In this document: in pieces, positions 8,942 to 16,973 of the stretch
How the letters are laid out: every line of letters begins with the position of its first letter
Position numbering within the stretch: the first letter of the stretch is position 1
IMG/VR virus record: IMGVR_UViG_3300005512_000263
Span: 1 to 27,786 of that record
Length of the DNA: 27,786 nucleotides
Origin: a virus
Lineage: Duplodnaviria > Caudoviricetes
Strand: one strand, 5' to 3'
Position numbers and translations under genes: made by a program
Notes under the pieces: model-generated
Databases searched by the model: none
Told to the model about the DNA's origin: nothing
Seen by the model: the letters and a program-made list of their open reading frames with translations, nothing else

Positions 8942-9109
8942 TATGCCACCTCTTTAATTTTAGTTGTTGGTTTTTTATAAAATCGTCTTTGCCTTCTGTT
9001 GTTTGCCTGTTCATCATCTGTTGCCCAACGGCAATTTTCAGGTGAATATGGCCCTGAGTTGTCAACCCTGTCTATGGAATGACGTGGTGATGGTTTCGGC
9101 CCTTGGCAT
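8941..9109 (-). pseudogene. Internally deleted HNH homing endonuclease remnant
   Basis: Translates [37 protein letters not shown]...*; the coupled ATG at 9109 is out of frame. Confidence 0.8.
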
Positions 9110-9858
9110 TATGCTGCCTCCCGTTTTATGTTCCCACCTTTAATCGCTGTCATGAGTGTGGAAAAATCCAATGGAATCTCGTCTGGAATCTGATATCTTG
9201 ATTTTGCCCGCCATGCTGGACGATTGGATGAATAAAGGACCCTTTCTCCGGAGCCAACCGCCTTGTATTTCTGAGTGGCCTTGTCCTTGGTCACAACGGT
9301 GCGGAAATTGGCAAACAAAACAGCGTCTGCCCACTCTTCAATGGCCGTGGCTGCATGACGGTGCAGCTTTATCTGATACCGATCATAAGGATCATTATCA
9401 GGAGGGTTAAATGTCTTGATTTCATTGTGCGCCAAAAGAATAATGGCAATGCCTTTTTCCCGGATCTTGTTTAGACCGTTCAAAAACTTTTCCCAATGTT
9501 TCATGGCAAAGATATAGGCTTTTCCGTATCCTATATCCTCTGGTGTTTCGACACCCTTTTCTTGACAGACCTTAGAAAATATCAACTTTTCCAACCAGTC
9601 TATGGTGTCAACGACAAATGTTTTATATTGGTGGTCCTGCTCAATAATTGCGCCCATATACTGCCAGACTTCATCCAATGACTTTGCAAGCGGGAAGTGG
9701 TCAACCTCAATATTGGTCAACCCATCTTCTGTGATAAGAAAAATAGGCTCAGGTGCATTGCTGGCAAAATAAGATTTGCCAACACCATGGATGCCGTGTA
9801 CAACAATCCTGGGAGGTCTTGATTCTTCTTTTGATTTAATCAAAGATTTAAGATCCAT
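9109..9858 (-). CDS. Sak4-like AAA_24 ATPase (phage single-strand annealing recombinase)
   Basis: HGIHGVGKS Walker A, VVDTIDW Walker B, GYGKAY, EWADAVLF, AKSR. Confidence 0.9.
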   Translation of the reverse strand: MDLKSLIKSKEESRPPRIVVHGIHGVGKSYFASNAPEPIFLITEDGLTNIEVDHFPLAKSLDEVWQYMGAIIEQDHQYKTFVVDTIDWLEKLIFSKVCQEKGVETPEDIGYGKAYIFAMKHWEKFLNGLNKIREKGIAIILLAHNEIKTFNPPDNDPYDRYQIKLHRHAATAIEEWADAVLFANFRTVVTKDKATQKYKAVGSGERVLYSSNRPAWRAKSRYQIPDEIPLDFSTLMTAIKGGNIKREAA

Positions 9859-9860
9859 GA

Positions 9861-10217
9861 TCACACCCCCTCTATTTTTAACGATGGTTTCCCAGGCTTG
9901 GTGGTGATACACTTTGCGACCAATGCCGGATCTATCCTTTCAATCATTCTGAGATTTTTCAAATTGATTGACGGTTTAAAATCAACGAAACTCATATTCT
10001 CCGGCAACTGCAAATCCTGATAGGCACCGATGTCCAGGTTACGATTGAGCTTCGTTGTGACGGAAATTTTAAATCCATCTACAGCCTTGGTTTCGGTCCC
10101 TTCAATTTTTGTCGGTCCAATGGCTTTGATTAGTGCCGCCTCTGCTGTAAGGCGGGTTTCCTTTGCCGCTTTTTCTCTTGCTTTGGCCATAATGACCGCT
10201 TGACACAAGTCTTTCAT
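9861..10217 (-). CDS. Conserved phage protein of the Sak4 recombination module
   Basis: AGGAG RBS; N-terminal helix and C-terminal TTKPGKPSLKI. Confidence 0.75.
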   Translation of the reverse strand: MKDLCQAVIMAKAREKAAKETRLTAEAALIKAIGPTKIEGTETKAVDGFKISVTTKLNRNLDIGAYQDLQLPENMSFVDFKPSINLKNLRMIERIDPALVAKCITTKPGKPSLKIEGV

Positions 10218-10284
10218 CTCATGACTCCTTATATTAGATGCAGCCGGACCATTTCCGGCTGGGTATAAACAATATTTTAATTGT

Positions 10285-10524
10285 TCATGCTGCTCCTTTT
10301 GATTTTTCCAGGCAAAAAACGATCTCATTTTCTATCCGGCCCCGGTATTCATTTAAAATGGTGATATACAAGTCGTCGCTAATATCACCGTCGTTTATTT
10401 TGATGTCTGATATTTCTATTTCAGGCCGGAACCCGGGTTGTGTCCGTGTGCGGATCTGTCCCGGGTTGAGAACCACATATTTAACCGTCATTTCCGGGTG
10501 ACAGAATGATTCATGGATAGGCAT
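10285..10524 (-). CDS. Hypothetical protein
   Basis: AGGAGGT RBS; tight packing with neighbours. Confidence 0.65.
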   Translation of the reverse strand: MPIHESFCHPEMTVKYVVLNPGQIRTRTQPGFRPEIEISDIKINDGDISDDLYITILNEYRGRIENEIVFCLEKSKGAA

Positions 10525-10526
10525 AC

Positions 10527-10691
10527 TTACCTCCTGTGAATGTTTACTATCGAAAGCATTGCCGCACTGAACAGCATCACGCCTCCGGTTGATGCCAATA
10601 CCTGAACCAGCAGGTTATCCGCTTCTGAACCTGCCAGGATAAGCCCGGTCAATGACAGGGTAGCAAGTATTGTTGTCCAGATTTTTTTCAT
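10527..10691 (-). CDS. Small two-TM membrane protein
   Basis: MKKIWTTILATLSLTGLILAG...; AAGGAGG RBS. Confidence 0.7.
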   Translation of the reverse strand: MKKIWTTILATLSLTGLILAGSEADNLLVQVLASTGGVMLFSAAMLSIVNIHRR

Positions 10692-10704
10692 TTTTCCTCC
10701 TTTT

Positions 10705-10737
10705 GGGCTTGGAACCCCCTCATAGACTTCCAAGCCC
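10705..10737 (-). promoter_or_regulatory. Leader hairpin, putative antisense-RNA target
   Basis: Perfect 10-bp stem GGGCTTGGAA/TTCCAAGCCC directly 5' of the RBS; 25/27 identity with 14375-14401. Confidence 0.65.
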
Positions 10738-10772
10738 GTTGTTAATGTTGGTATTACCGCTCTTGCCTATGT

Positions 10773-11387
10773 TTATGCCGCTTCAATCTGTTTTAGCCCC
10801 TCAACGGCATCTAAAATATTTTTGTTTCCAGCCAGATAAGCACCAAGCAATCTGGTTAACGGTTCAGATGGTTCAGGAAGTTTGTTGCTTGCAATCATGG
10901 GCAACAATGTAGAAAACCCATCAATAAGACCATCAACAATATCCTGTCTGCTTAATTCCGGGTTTCTTTTTGCATATGAATTGACAACCTTTATTGCGTT
11001 TCCAAGACCATTTTTAACAACGATCATAACCCCGCATTTCGCCATTAATTCAGGAACGTAAATACTGGATGATTTTGATTTGTATTTCCATACGGTTGTG
11101 AATGCGACATAGTTAGACAGGGCACTGTGTAAAATAGATTCCCCCTGTGTATGTACCTCTGGATTATTGTCAAGCCAAAAGTCGCTAAGGTCACTAACAA
11201 AGGTTTCCATTTCAACAAAATTTCTTGGTTTCTCAACGCTTTCCGAATTACAAAATCGCTTGATTGCTCCATTGATTTTCGCAGCCGTGTACGGTGTTGC
11301 GTCAAGAAACTGTTTCGCATCCGCATAGTTCAGGACTCCCTGATACTTGCGTTCTAATTTTTTCTCTTGAGTTGCATCTACTCTCAT
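10773..11387 (-). CDS. Hypothetical protein
   Basis: 204-aa ORF with AAGGA RBS. Confidence 0.7.
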   Translation of the reverse strand: MRVDATQEKKLERKYQGVLNYADAKQFLDATPYTAAKINGAIKRFCNSESVEKPRNFVEMETFVSDLSDFWLDNNPEVHTQGESILHSALSNYVAFTTVWKYKSKSSSIYVPELMAKCGVMIVVKNGLGNAIKVVNSYAKRNPELSRQDIVDGLIDGFSTLLPMIASNKLPEPSEPLTRLLGAYLAGNKNILDAVEGLKQIEAA

Positions 11388-11400
11388 GTTATTATTTCCT

Positions 11401-12543
11401 TTAGACATTAATGATTGCATCCTGTGACCCGGTTAATTGCTCTAATTGCCGGGTTGCTTTTTGGATAACCTGCTGAACCGTCTGGATTGATTTTTCCATT
11501 CCCCCGCCAAGTTCCTCCATTTCTTTGCCAAGGGTGCCTATATCAATCAGAAAGTCCTTGCCGGATCTTTCCAAAGTTTTCATCATTGAATTGTCAATAT
11601 TTGTTGGGTTGTCCACTTCAAGCTGAGATTTCAGCCGGTCGATTTCAGTTTCCATCTCACGGTATTTAGACCAAGAGGCTGAGGCTTTATCTAACGCCTC
11701 TTTTTGTTTGAGTTCTGCTTTCTTTTTCTCGTCTTCAAGTTTTTCGATTTGGTCTTTAAATCTTTTCTCGTGAAGTTCAGAAGCGGTCTTTTCTGCAACT
11801 TTCCTGTCTTCAAACCTTTGCCGGTCAAATTCATCTTTCAGCTTCTTAATTTCAAATTCTTTGTCAGCTAAAATCTTTGCCGTGTCCGACTGTGCGACTG
11901 CATCCAGTTTTTGCTTAACCTCATCCCGCTCTTTTGATATTTTGTTCAGGTCTTCTAAGGCCATTAGTTTTTCATCAAGCGCAGCTTGTTTTGCTTTGTT
12001 CGCATATTGACTGCTTTCAAACAGGTTTAAATAAAGCCTCTGTGATTCTTCATCCAGGACGGACAGGCGGTTTGCCATGCCTATTGTAATGGACGCACCC
12101 TTGTATTTTTTTAATAACTGCGGTATCAGGTTGTTGACATCCGGGGTCTTGCCCGATTCAAGTTCTTTGATGCGCTTGTGGGCGGCTATTAATTCTTTGG
12201 ATTGTTTGACGGTTAATGATTTTTCTTGTTCGGCTGCCTCTCTGGCTGATTCCGGAGTGGATGGCCGGGAAAGTTCAATAAGGACTTGGCTTGAAAAGCG
12301 TAGTTGACTACGCTTTTGACCGTAATGTTGAGCAATGTTCATATAATTTTGACATTGCCGTTCTTTCAATCCGGTTTCCCGCTCGATCAACGGGATAAAC
12401 TCACCATGAGGGGTGTTATCTTTGATGCTGATCAGAATCTTGCCTATATTGATACCGGATTCAACGTGAGTTTCAAGTTCTCGTTTTAACCTGTTCAAGT
12501 CGCTTTCTATCGGGCTGTAATCGTTGGTTTCCATTATATCCAT
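11401..12543 (-). CDS. DUF3102-like N-terminal domain plus long coiled coil
   Basis: IGKILISIKDNTPHGEF...ERQCQNYMNIA. Confidence 0.75.
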   Translation of the reverse strand: MDIMETNDYSPIESDLNRLKRELETHVESGINIGKILISIKDNTPHGEFIPLIERETGLKERQCQNYMNIAQHYGQKRSQLRFSSQVLIELSRPSTPESAREAAEQEKSLTVKQSKELIAAHKRIKELESGKTPDVNNLIPQLLKKYKGASITIGMANRLSVLDEESQRLYLNLFESSQYANKAKQAALDEKLMALEDLNKISKERDEVKQKLDAVAQSDTAKILADKEFEIKKLKDEFDRQRFEDRKVAEKTASELHEKRFKDQIEKLEDEKKKAELKQKEALDKASASWSKYREMETEIDRLKSQLEVDNPTNIDNSMMKTLERSGKDFLIDIGTLGKEMEELGGGMEKSIQTVQQVIQKATRQLEQLTGSQDAIINV

Positions 12544-12560
12544 TGTTTACCTTTACCCTT

Positions 12561-12770
12561 TTAATCCCTGCTGCTAAGATAGATTTCAGGGTTGAACTCG
12601 TTTTCGTGGATCTGTCTTGCCATTACAAAAAGGATTGATTGTTTTAATTTGGCTTTTTGAGGAGGGGAAAGTTTGTCCAGCTTAACCTTTAAAATCTCAG
12701 GGATTTTAACCGTCCAGCTCTCATTGCATTTATCTATTTCAATCCCGGTCATCAAGTCAGCTTCCAGCAT
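12561..12770 (-). CDS. Small putative regulator at the CII-like position
   Basis: Directly downstream of cro; WTVKIPEILKVKLDKL is RHH-like. Confidence 0.5.
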   Translation of the reverse strand: MLEADLMTGIEIDKCNESWTVKIPEILKVKLDKLSPPQKAKLKQSILFVMARQIHENEFNPEIYLSSRD

Positions 12771-13013
12771 TTACGCTGCTCCTTGTTGTTCTGATTTGAA
12801 TTTTAATTGTTCATACAGGTTATTTAATTCTTGTGTTGATGCGTTCTTCCATCCAAGGATGTCTTTGCCTGGGAATAGTTTTGAAAGCTCAACTGCGAGT
12901 GGAAAACTTACCTTGTCGGTGCCAGAAAGCAGCCTGCTAACGCCTGGTTGGTCAAGACAGGTGAACATTGCCGCAAAGTCTTTTTGTGTGAATTTTTTGT
13001 TTCTCTGTTTCAT
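12771..13013 (-). CDS. Cro-like XRE HTH repressor
   Basis: TQKDFA...DQPGVSRLLSG...LAVELSK; divergent from the CI-like gene. Confidence 0.8.
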   Translation of the reverse strand: MKQRNKKFTQKDFAAMFTCLDQPGVSRLLSGTDKVSFPLAVELSKLFPGKDILGWKNASTQELNNLYEQLKFKSEQQGAA

Positions 13014-13020
13014 AATGGCT

Positions 13021-13095
13021 TCATATTATACTCATATTATGAATGTGTCAACACAAAATATGAAAAAAAATCATTTATTGTTTTTTATTATGAAA
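13021..13095. promoter_or_regulatory. Lysis/lysogeny switch: leftward promoter and operators
   Basis: Minus strand TTGACA (13051-13046)...TATAATAT; palindrome TCATATTATGA (13032-13042) with degenerate copies nearby. Confidence 0.6.
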
Positions 13096-13160
13096 TATTA
13101 ATAAAATAGGATGGTTATAAGATGTTGATGCCGAATAAAAATTGTTTTAATGTCCATTAT

Positions 13161-13688
13161 ATGGAAGACACGGTAAAAATATTTCTTGCTGGTTTTAAAA
13201 AATGGGCCAAGTTGCACAGAATAACCCAAAAGAATATCTGTTCTGTCGTGTCAAAAGATCAAACCACCATTTCAAACTACTTCAACTTTAAAACAAGACC
13301 AGAACCTGAAATGGTACAAAAATGGATAGACCATTACAATTTAGATGAAAATGAGATCATCCAAACCGGCAGAAAAGAACTCCAGCCCGACATATTACCA
13401 GAGGACCGGATAAACGAGATTGTTGACAAGCGTATTGCAAAAATGAACAGACCTGAGAATAATGTAATTGATATGGGAGATCCGGTTAAGTTGGAATTGT
13501 ATAAAATAATCAACGATTTTCCTAACAAGCTCCAGGGGTTAGAGCTTAACCGCCTGGCCGTCCAGCTTGCTAAGGTGGACCCGGAGGCATTGAAAGACAT
13601 TATAGAACTGATTGATTTTAAATTGGGTAAATCACGGAAGGAGCTTGGCCAGTCTCCCGTATTAAAAAAGGACGTACGGGGAGCCTGA
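13161..13688 (+). CDS. CI-like XRE HTH repressor lacking an S24 peptidase domain
   Basis: ITQKNIC...DQTTISNYFNFKTRP HTH; helical C-terminus; start could be 13122. Confidence 0.75.
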   Translation: MEDTVKIFLAGFKKWAKLHRITQKNICSVVSKDQTTISNYFNFKTRPEPEMVQKWIDHYNLDENEIIQTGRKELQPDILPEDRINEIVDKRIAKMNRPENNVIDMGDPVKLELYKIINDFPNKLQGLELNRLAVQLAKVDPEALKDIIELIDFKLGKSRKELGQSPVLKKDVRGA

Positions 13689-13762
13689 TTTCCCTTAACC
13701 TCGATTACAACATCCACTTTATCAGCCGTGACCTGATTTTTAAAAGCACGACACAGCGCAAA

Positions 13763-14068
13763 ATGATATCCTGCAACGTGGATGATATCATAGGCAAGCA
13801 CATGTCAGAGTTTTTGGAGCCGGAAGAATACGAACGTGAATCAAAAATAATTAATCAGTGCTTTATTACAGGCCAGTCCGTGTGGTATCCTTATAGAATC
13901 TGCGGAGTTAATTTCATGGTCCTTGCGGACAAGATCAGCAACGACCTGGTTGCCCTGCACGAGTGCTGGCACGATATGGCCAGGACGGAAGAGATCAAAC
14001 GGATGTTGTGGGCAGCGTCCGGGAATTTTTACCGGCAGTATCACAGCAAAAAACAGGAAACAGGGTAA
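13763..14068 (+). CDS. PAS-fold-like small protein (frame open upstream to about 13631)
   Basis: DDIIGKHMSEFLEPEEYERE...CFITGQ resembles the PAS core; upstream in-frame LNLDYNIHFIS resembles the first PAS strands. Confidence 0.55.
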   Translation: MISCNVDDIIGKHMSEFLEPEEYERESKIINQCFITGQSVWYPYRICGVNFMVLADKISNDLVALHECWHDMARTEEIKRMLWAASGNFYRQYHSKKQETG

Positions 14069-14082
14069 AAAAGGAAGGCATT

Positions 14083-14337
14083 ATGGACACAAAAGACGCA
14101 TTGTTTCAGCAGGACACGGACAACATGATTACAATCATGGTTTATCTGGCCTGCATCATGCCTGTTTATTACGGGTTCAAAAAAAGCCCCCTGCACGGGC
14201 TCATAAATTCGGGCGCGGTCGGCGCGGTCCTGTACTGTTACTTTACGTTCCCGGTCGCCCAGACTATCATTGCCGTTTTGTTCATCGTCTACATCCTGGT
14301 CGGGGTTATCGGCAGCGCAATAAAAAATGTTTTTTAG
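14083..14337 (+). CDS. Small three-TM membrane protein (possible superinfection exclusion)
   Basis: Hydrophobic segments, AAGGAAGG RBS, located in the repressor operon. Confidence 0.55.
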   Translation: MDTKDALFQQDTDNMITIMVYLACIMPVYYGFKKSPLHGLINSGAVGAVLYCYFTFPVAQTIIAVLFIVYILVGVIGSAIKNVF

Positions 14338-14338
14338 C

Positions 14339-14367
14339 TTGACAAACAATTAAAACTTCCTGATAAT
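14339..14367 (+). promoter_or_regulatory. Strong sigma70-type promoter for the rightward accessory/cassette operon
   Basis: TTGACA (14339-14344), 17 bp, GATAAT (14362-14367). Confidence 0.75.
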
Positions 14368-14373
14368 CATCAT

Positions 14374-14416
14374 CGGAACCCCCTCATAGGCTTCTAAGCC
14401 CTCCAAAGCGGAGGGC
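14374..14416 (+). ncRNA. Candidate trans-acting antisense RNA / leader RNA
   Basis: Starts at the predicted +1; 27 nt complementary (two G:U pairs) to the minus-strand mRNA at 10711-10737; 3' hairpin GCCCTCC/GGAGGGC. Confidence 0.55.
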
Positions 14417-14607
14417 AGCATGACACAAAAATCTGTATTAAAAAATGAACCGGGAAAGAACCGTAATGGATCTTCACCGGTTTTCTGCGTTTTACCGACA
14501 ATACCTGCAGCATACCCGGCAAGCATCTATCAAAAACCGTTCCGTTATTCTACAAAACGGGCGGTCCACCTGTATGAAATCAATAACAGCGTCATGGGGA
14601 TTGCCAG

Positions 14608-15030
14608 ATGATGGACAATCAATACCGGAAGTTGTCTGAATTGGCGTTGATCAGATCCATACCCGATATGACCATCGGCACATTGAAACCCTCCCGTAAA
14701 AAGGGACTGTTCCTGCGCATGCAAAAGGCGGTTGACAAGGATATCAGGGACCTGCCCAAGCCGTCAGATGACGACCTGTCCAAGATATGGGAGACCATTG
14801 AAGAGTTCGGCAGGCAAACCGGTTGGCTGAACCAGACCAGGCACATAGGGACCCTGTTTTCGTTTTGCCTTGAGATTATCGAGCGGTCAGAGTTTGAGTT
14901 TAATCCGGATATTGTCAGTATTATAAATGATATTATCAACCACCTGGAAGACGGTAAAGATTTTCTATATCAAAGCTGTTGGGCCGGTGGGCTTGCTGCA
15001 AAGAAATGGGAGGGATTGTTTGATGAATAA
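14608..15030 (+). CDS. Hypothetical helical protein
   Basis: 140-aa ORF overlapping the next gene. Confidence 0.7.
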   Translation: MMDNQYRKLSELALIRSIPDMTIGTLKPSRKKGLFLRMQKAVDKDIRDLPKPSDDDLSKIWETIEEFGRQTGWLNQTRHIGTLFSFCLEIIERSEFEFNPDIVSIINDIINHLEDGKDFLYQSCWAGGLAAKKWEGLFDE

Positions 15031-15157
15031 GGAAGAATTGATCAAAGAGATCGAAAGAAAGATTGAAGATGAGAAAGCCCTGTCAGGCGAATATTACACA
15101 GGCCGGGTGGCGGCGTTTTTATATGTGTTGAGCTTGTTGGAAGACGATGCAGAATAA
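15023..15157 (+). CDS. Small hypothetical protein
   Basis: MNKEELIKEIERKIEDEK...; overlaps the upstream stop; its stop abuts the attI-like site. Confidence 0.6.
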   Translation: MNKEELIKEIERKIEDEKALSGEYYTGRVAAFLYVLSLLEDDAE

Positions 15158-15214
15158 ACCTGCCTGGATAACATGCGGATTTGAAAGATACACAGGTCTG
15201 GATAACTACTTATT
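15154..15214 (+). mobile_element. attI-like cassette insertion platform (right)
   Basis: ATAAACCTGCCTGGATAACAT-N18-CAGGTCTGGATAACTACTTA|TT; L box GGATAAC, 5 bp, ATT core. Confidence 0.7.
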
Positions 15215-15292
15215 GGCTTAGACACCCTTCGGGAGCGTCGCCAATAATTGGCTACTACGGCCGAGCCGCAGAGCAGGTCAAAGGGAAAAGGA

Positions 15293-16060
15293 ATGATTGA
15301 AATATTAAATAAAGATTGCAGAGAGTATCTGTTCGTTTGTGAACCGAACTCAGTTGATTTGACAGTAACTTCACCACCTTATGATAATCTTAGAGCCTAT
15401 AATAAAACATCTACTTGGGGATGGCCTGAATTTTCTGCTATCGCCGCTGGATTGTGGCGAGTAACGAAACCCGGTGGTGTTGTGGTTTGGGTTGTTGCGG
15501 ATTCTACGATTAAAGGAAGCGAGTCAGGAAGCAGTTTTGAACAAGCATTGTTTTTTAAAAAATGTGGTTTCAATCTACATGATACTATGATTTATGCGAA
15601 AAATAGCTACATGCCACTTACACACAACAGGTATGAGCAAGCATTTGAATACACATTTGTTTTCAGTAAGGGCAAACCAACATATTTTTACCCAAAAATG
15701 GTTGATTGTGTAACAGCAGGAACCAAACGGAATAGAGGTGGAAGTAAAGCAAAAGAACTAACGTATGCGGAAAGGTGTAGGGAAGAACGAACGGTTGTGA
15801 GACCTAAAAAACAAGCCCCAAATATTTTCTATTATGATGTAGGGAAAAATGAAAAAACAATCCATAATGCCGTGTTCCCAGAAAAATTAGCCCACGACCA
15901 TATATCCACATGGAGCGACAAGCCTTGTGTGGTTTTTGATCCATTTATGGGATCTGGAACAACAGGCGTGGCGGCAAAACAATTAAATCGTGATTTTATC
16001 GGGATTGAGATTGACCCTGAGTATTTTGAGATAGCAAAGCATAGGATCAAAGCGGCATAA
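15293..16060 (+). CDS. DNA methyltransferase (N4C/N6A beta class), cassette 1
   Basis: TSPPY, HNAVFP, FDPFMGSGTTG, FIGIEID. Confidence 0.95.
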   Translation: MIEILNKDCREYLFVCEPNSVDLTVTSPPYDNLRAYNKTSTWGWPEFSAIAAGLWRVTKPGGVVVWVVADSTIKGSESGSSFEQALFFKKCGFNLHDTMIYAKNSYMPLTHNRYEQAFEYTFVFSKGKPTYFYPKMVDCVTAGTKRNRGGSKAKELTYAERCREERTVVRPKKQAPNIFYYDVGKNEKTIHNAVFPEKLAHDHISTWSDKPCVVFDPFMGSGTTGVAAKQLNRDFIGIEIDPEYFEIAKHRIKAA

Positions 16061-16108
16061 CGCCAATAAAATAATACACCGGACGAGCCGGTGATCATTA
16101 CATTAGGG
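16061..16108 (+). mobile_element. attC-like site 1 (AAT/ATT core, 48 bp)
   Basis: CGCCAAT-N8-[A]-CACCGG-[A]-CGAG-CCGGTG-N8-ATTAGGG. Confidence 0.75.
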
Positions 16109-16114
16109 GGACAC

Positions 16115-16378
16115 ATGACAAAAATAGAAACTATACTGCACGAAAAGGTTAAAAAGCGCAATTTTCAAGGAACTGGGTGGAGATATTTAGATTTACCCAC
16201 AAAGATTCACCTACGTGCCATGTGCGAGATAATTCAAGATATCATAACCGAACAGCCCCCTAATACTCAAATCCACGTGGATGAAGACTTTTGCGACTGT
16301 GACCCAGATGAACGAAAAATAATGATAGAAGCGGGGCTTTCTTTTTGCCACTGGTGCGGGAAAAGTCTTCACCAGTGA
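16115..16378 (+). CDS. Cassette 2 hypothetical protein with a Cys-rich tail encoded in the attC loop
   Basis: GGGGG RBS; C-terminal CDC...CHWC. Confidence 0.65.
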   Translation: MTKIETILHEKVKKRNFQGTGWRYLDLPTKIHLRAMCEIIQDIITEQPPNTQIHVDEDFCDCDPDERKIMIEAGLSFCHWCGKSLHQ

Positions 16379-16393
16379 TCCCCGACATTAGGG
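16258..16393 (+). mobile_element. attC-like site 2 (136 bp)
   Basis: CCCTAAT-N8-[C]-CAC[G]TGG-[A]-TGAAGACTTTT...AAAAGTCTTCA-CCAGTG-N9-ATTAGGG. Confidence 0.8.
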
Positions 16394-16412
16394 CGACTGA
16401 AAGGAACTAACA

Positions 16413-16610
16413 ATGACAGAAAAAGAAAAGAAGGCTTTAGATTTTATCTTTGAATGGGGTGGATATGATGGTGGTCATCATAAGCAATGGGCACTTGATC
16501 AGGTCGTCAGAATTTTAAGTGAGGATGAATACCATAAATGGGTTGCTAAATATGAAGACGGTGAAGATGGCCCGAAAACATATGAATGGGATGAAGGGAT
16601 TGCGCCCTAA
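16413..16610 (+). CDS. Cassette 3 small acidic phage protein
   Basis: GGYDGGHHKQWALDQVVRIL...WDEGIAP; stop codon lies inside R''. Confidence 0.8.
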   Translation: MTEKEKKALDFIFEWGGYDGGHHKQWALDQVVRILSEDEYHKWVAKYEDGEDGPKTYEWDEGIAP

Positions 16611-16664
16611 TTATGTTAATCGACCGGACAATGAAAAGACTTGCCGGTCATACCGGCATTATTT
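16605..16664 (+). mobile_element. attC-like site 3
   Basis: CCCTAAT-N9-[C]-GACCGG-[A]-CAA...TTG-CCGGTC-N8-ATTATTT. Confidence 0.8.
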
Positions 16665-16678
16665 TTTTGGAGGTAAAA

Positions 16679-16906
16679 ATGAAAACCATGAAGGCTAAGT
16701 ATCAAAATGATCCACAGTATAAACAAACTGTCGATATTATGGAACACCTTATACGTGAGAACCAATTCACTCCGTCTGAAATACGTGAAATGGCAGTTTT
16801 AGCTTGTATTAATTATGAAATGTCAAGGCCCAATCCGCCTTCATTTGTGTTAACTCCTGAGGTTGAATCTTCTTTAAAAACTTTGCAAAAGTTGAGGGAA
16901 AAATAA
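16679..16906 (+). CDS. Cassette 4 hypothetical protein
   Basis: GGAGGT RBS; KYQNDPQYKQTVD...TPSEIREMA; stop inside R''. Confidence 0.75.
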   Translation: MKTMKAKYQNDPQYKQTVDIMEHLIRENQFTPSEIREMAVLACINYEMSRPNPPSFVLTPEVESSLKTLQKLREK

Positions 16907-16958
16907 TCAGCTCATGCACTGAATGCAAAAAGCCGCACCAGTGATGTGCGTATTATTT
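16901..16958 (+). mobile_element. attC-like site 4
   Basis: AAATAAT-N8-[G]-CACTGA-[A]-TGC-AAAAAGCC-GCA-CCAGTG-N8-ATTATTT; apex GCAAAAAGCCGC shared with the left attC. Confidence 0.8.
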
Positions 16959-16973
16959 TTTTAGGAGGTAAAA

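Noticed and set aside
14420-14639. ORFs 14420-14611 and 14445-14639, or a structured antiterminator leader
   Set aside because: Neither frame has a recognisable motif and the hairpins are imperfect; cannot decide from sequence alone
15195-15222. XerCD dif site
   Set aside because: The left arm resembles a XerC box, but there is no TTATGTTAAAT XerD arm and the 7-bp overlap fits attI geometry better
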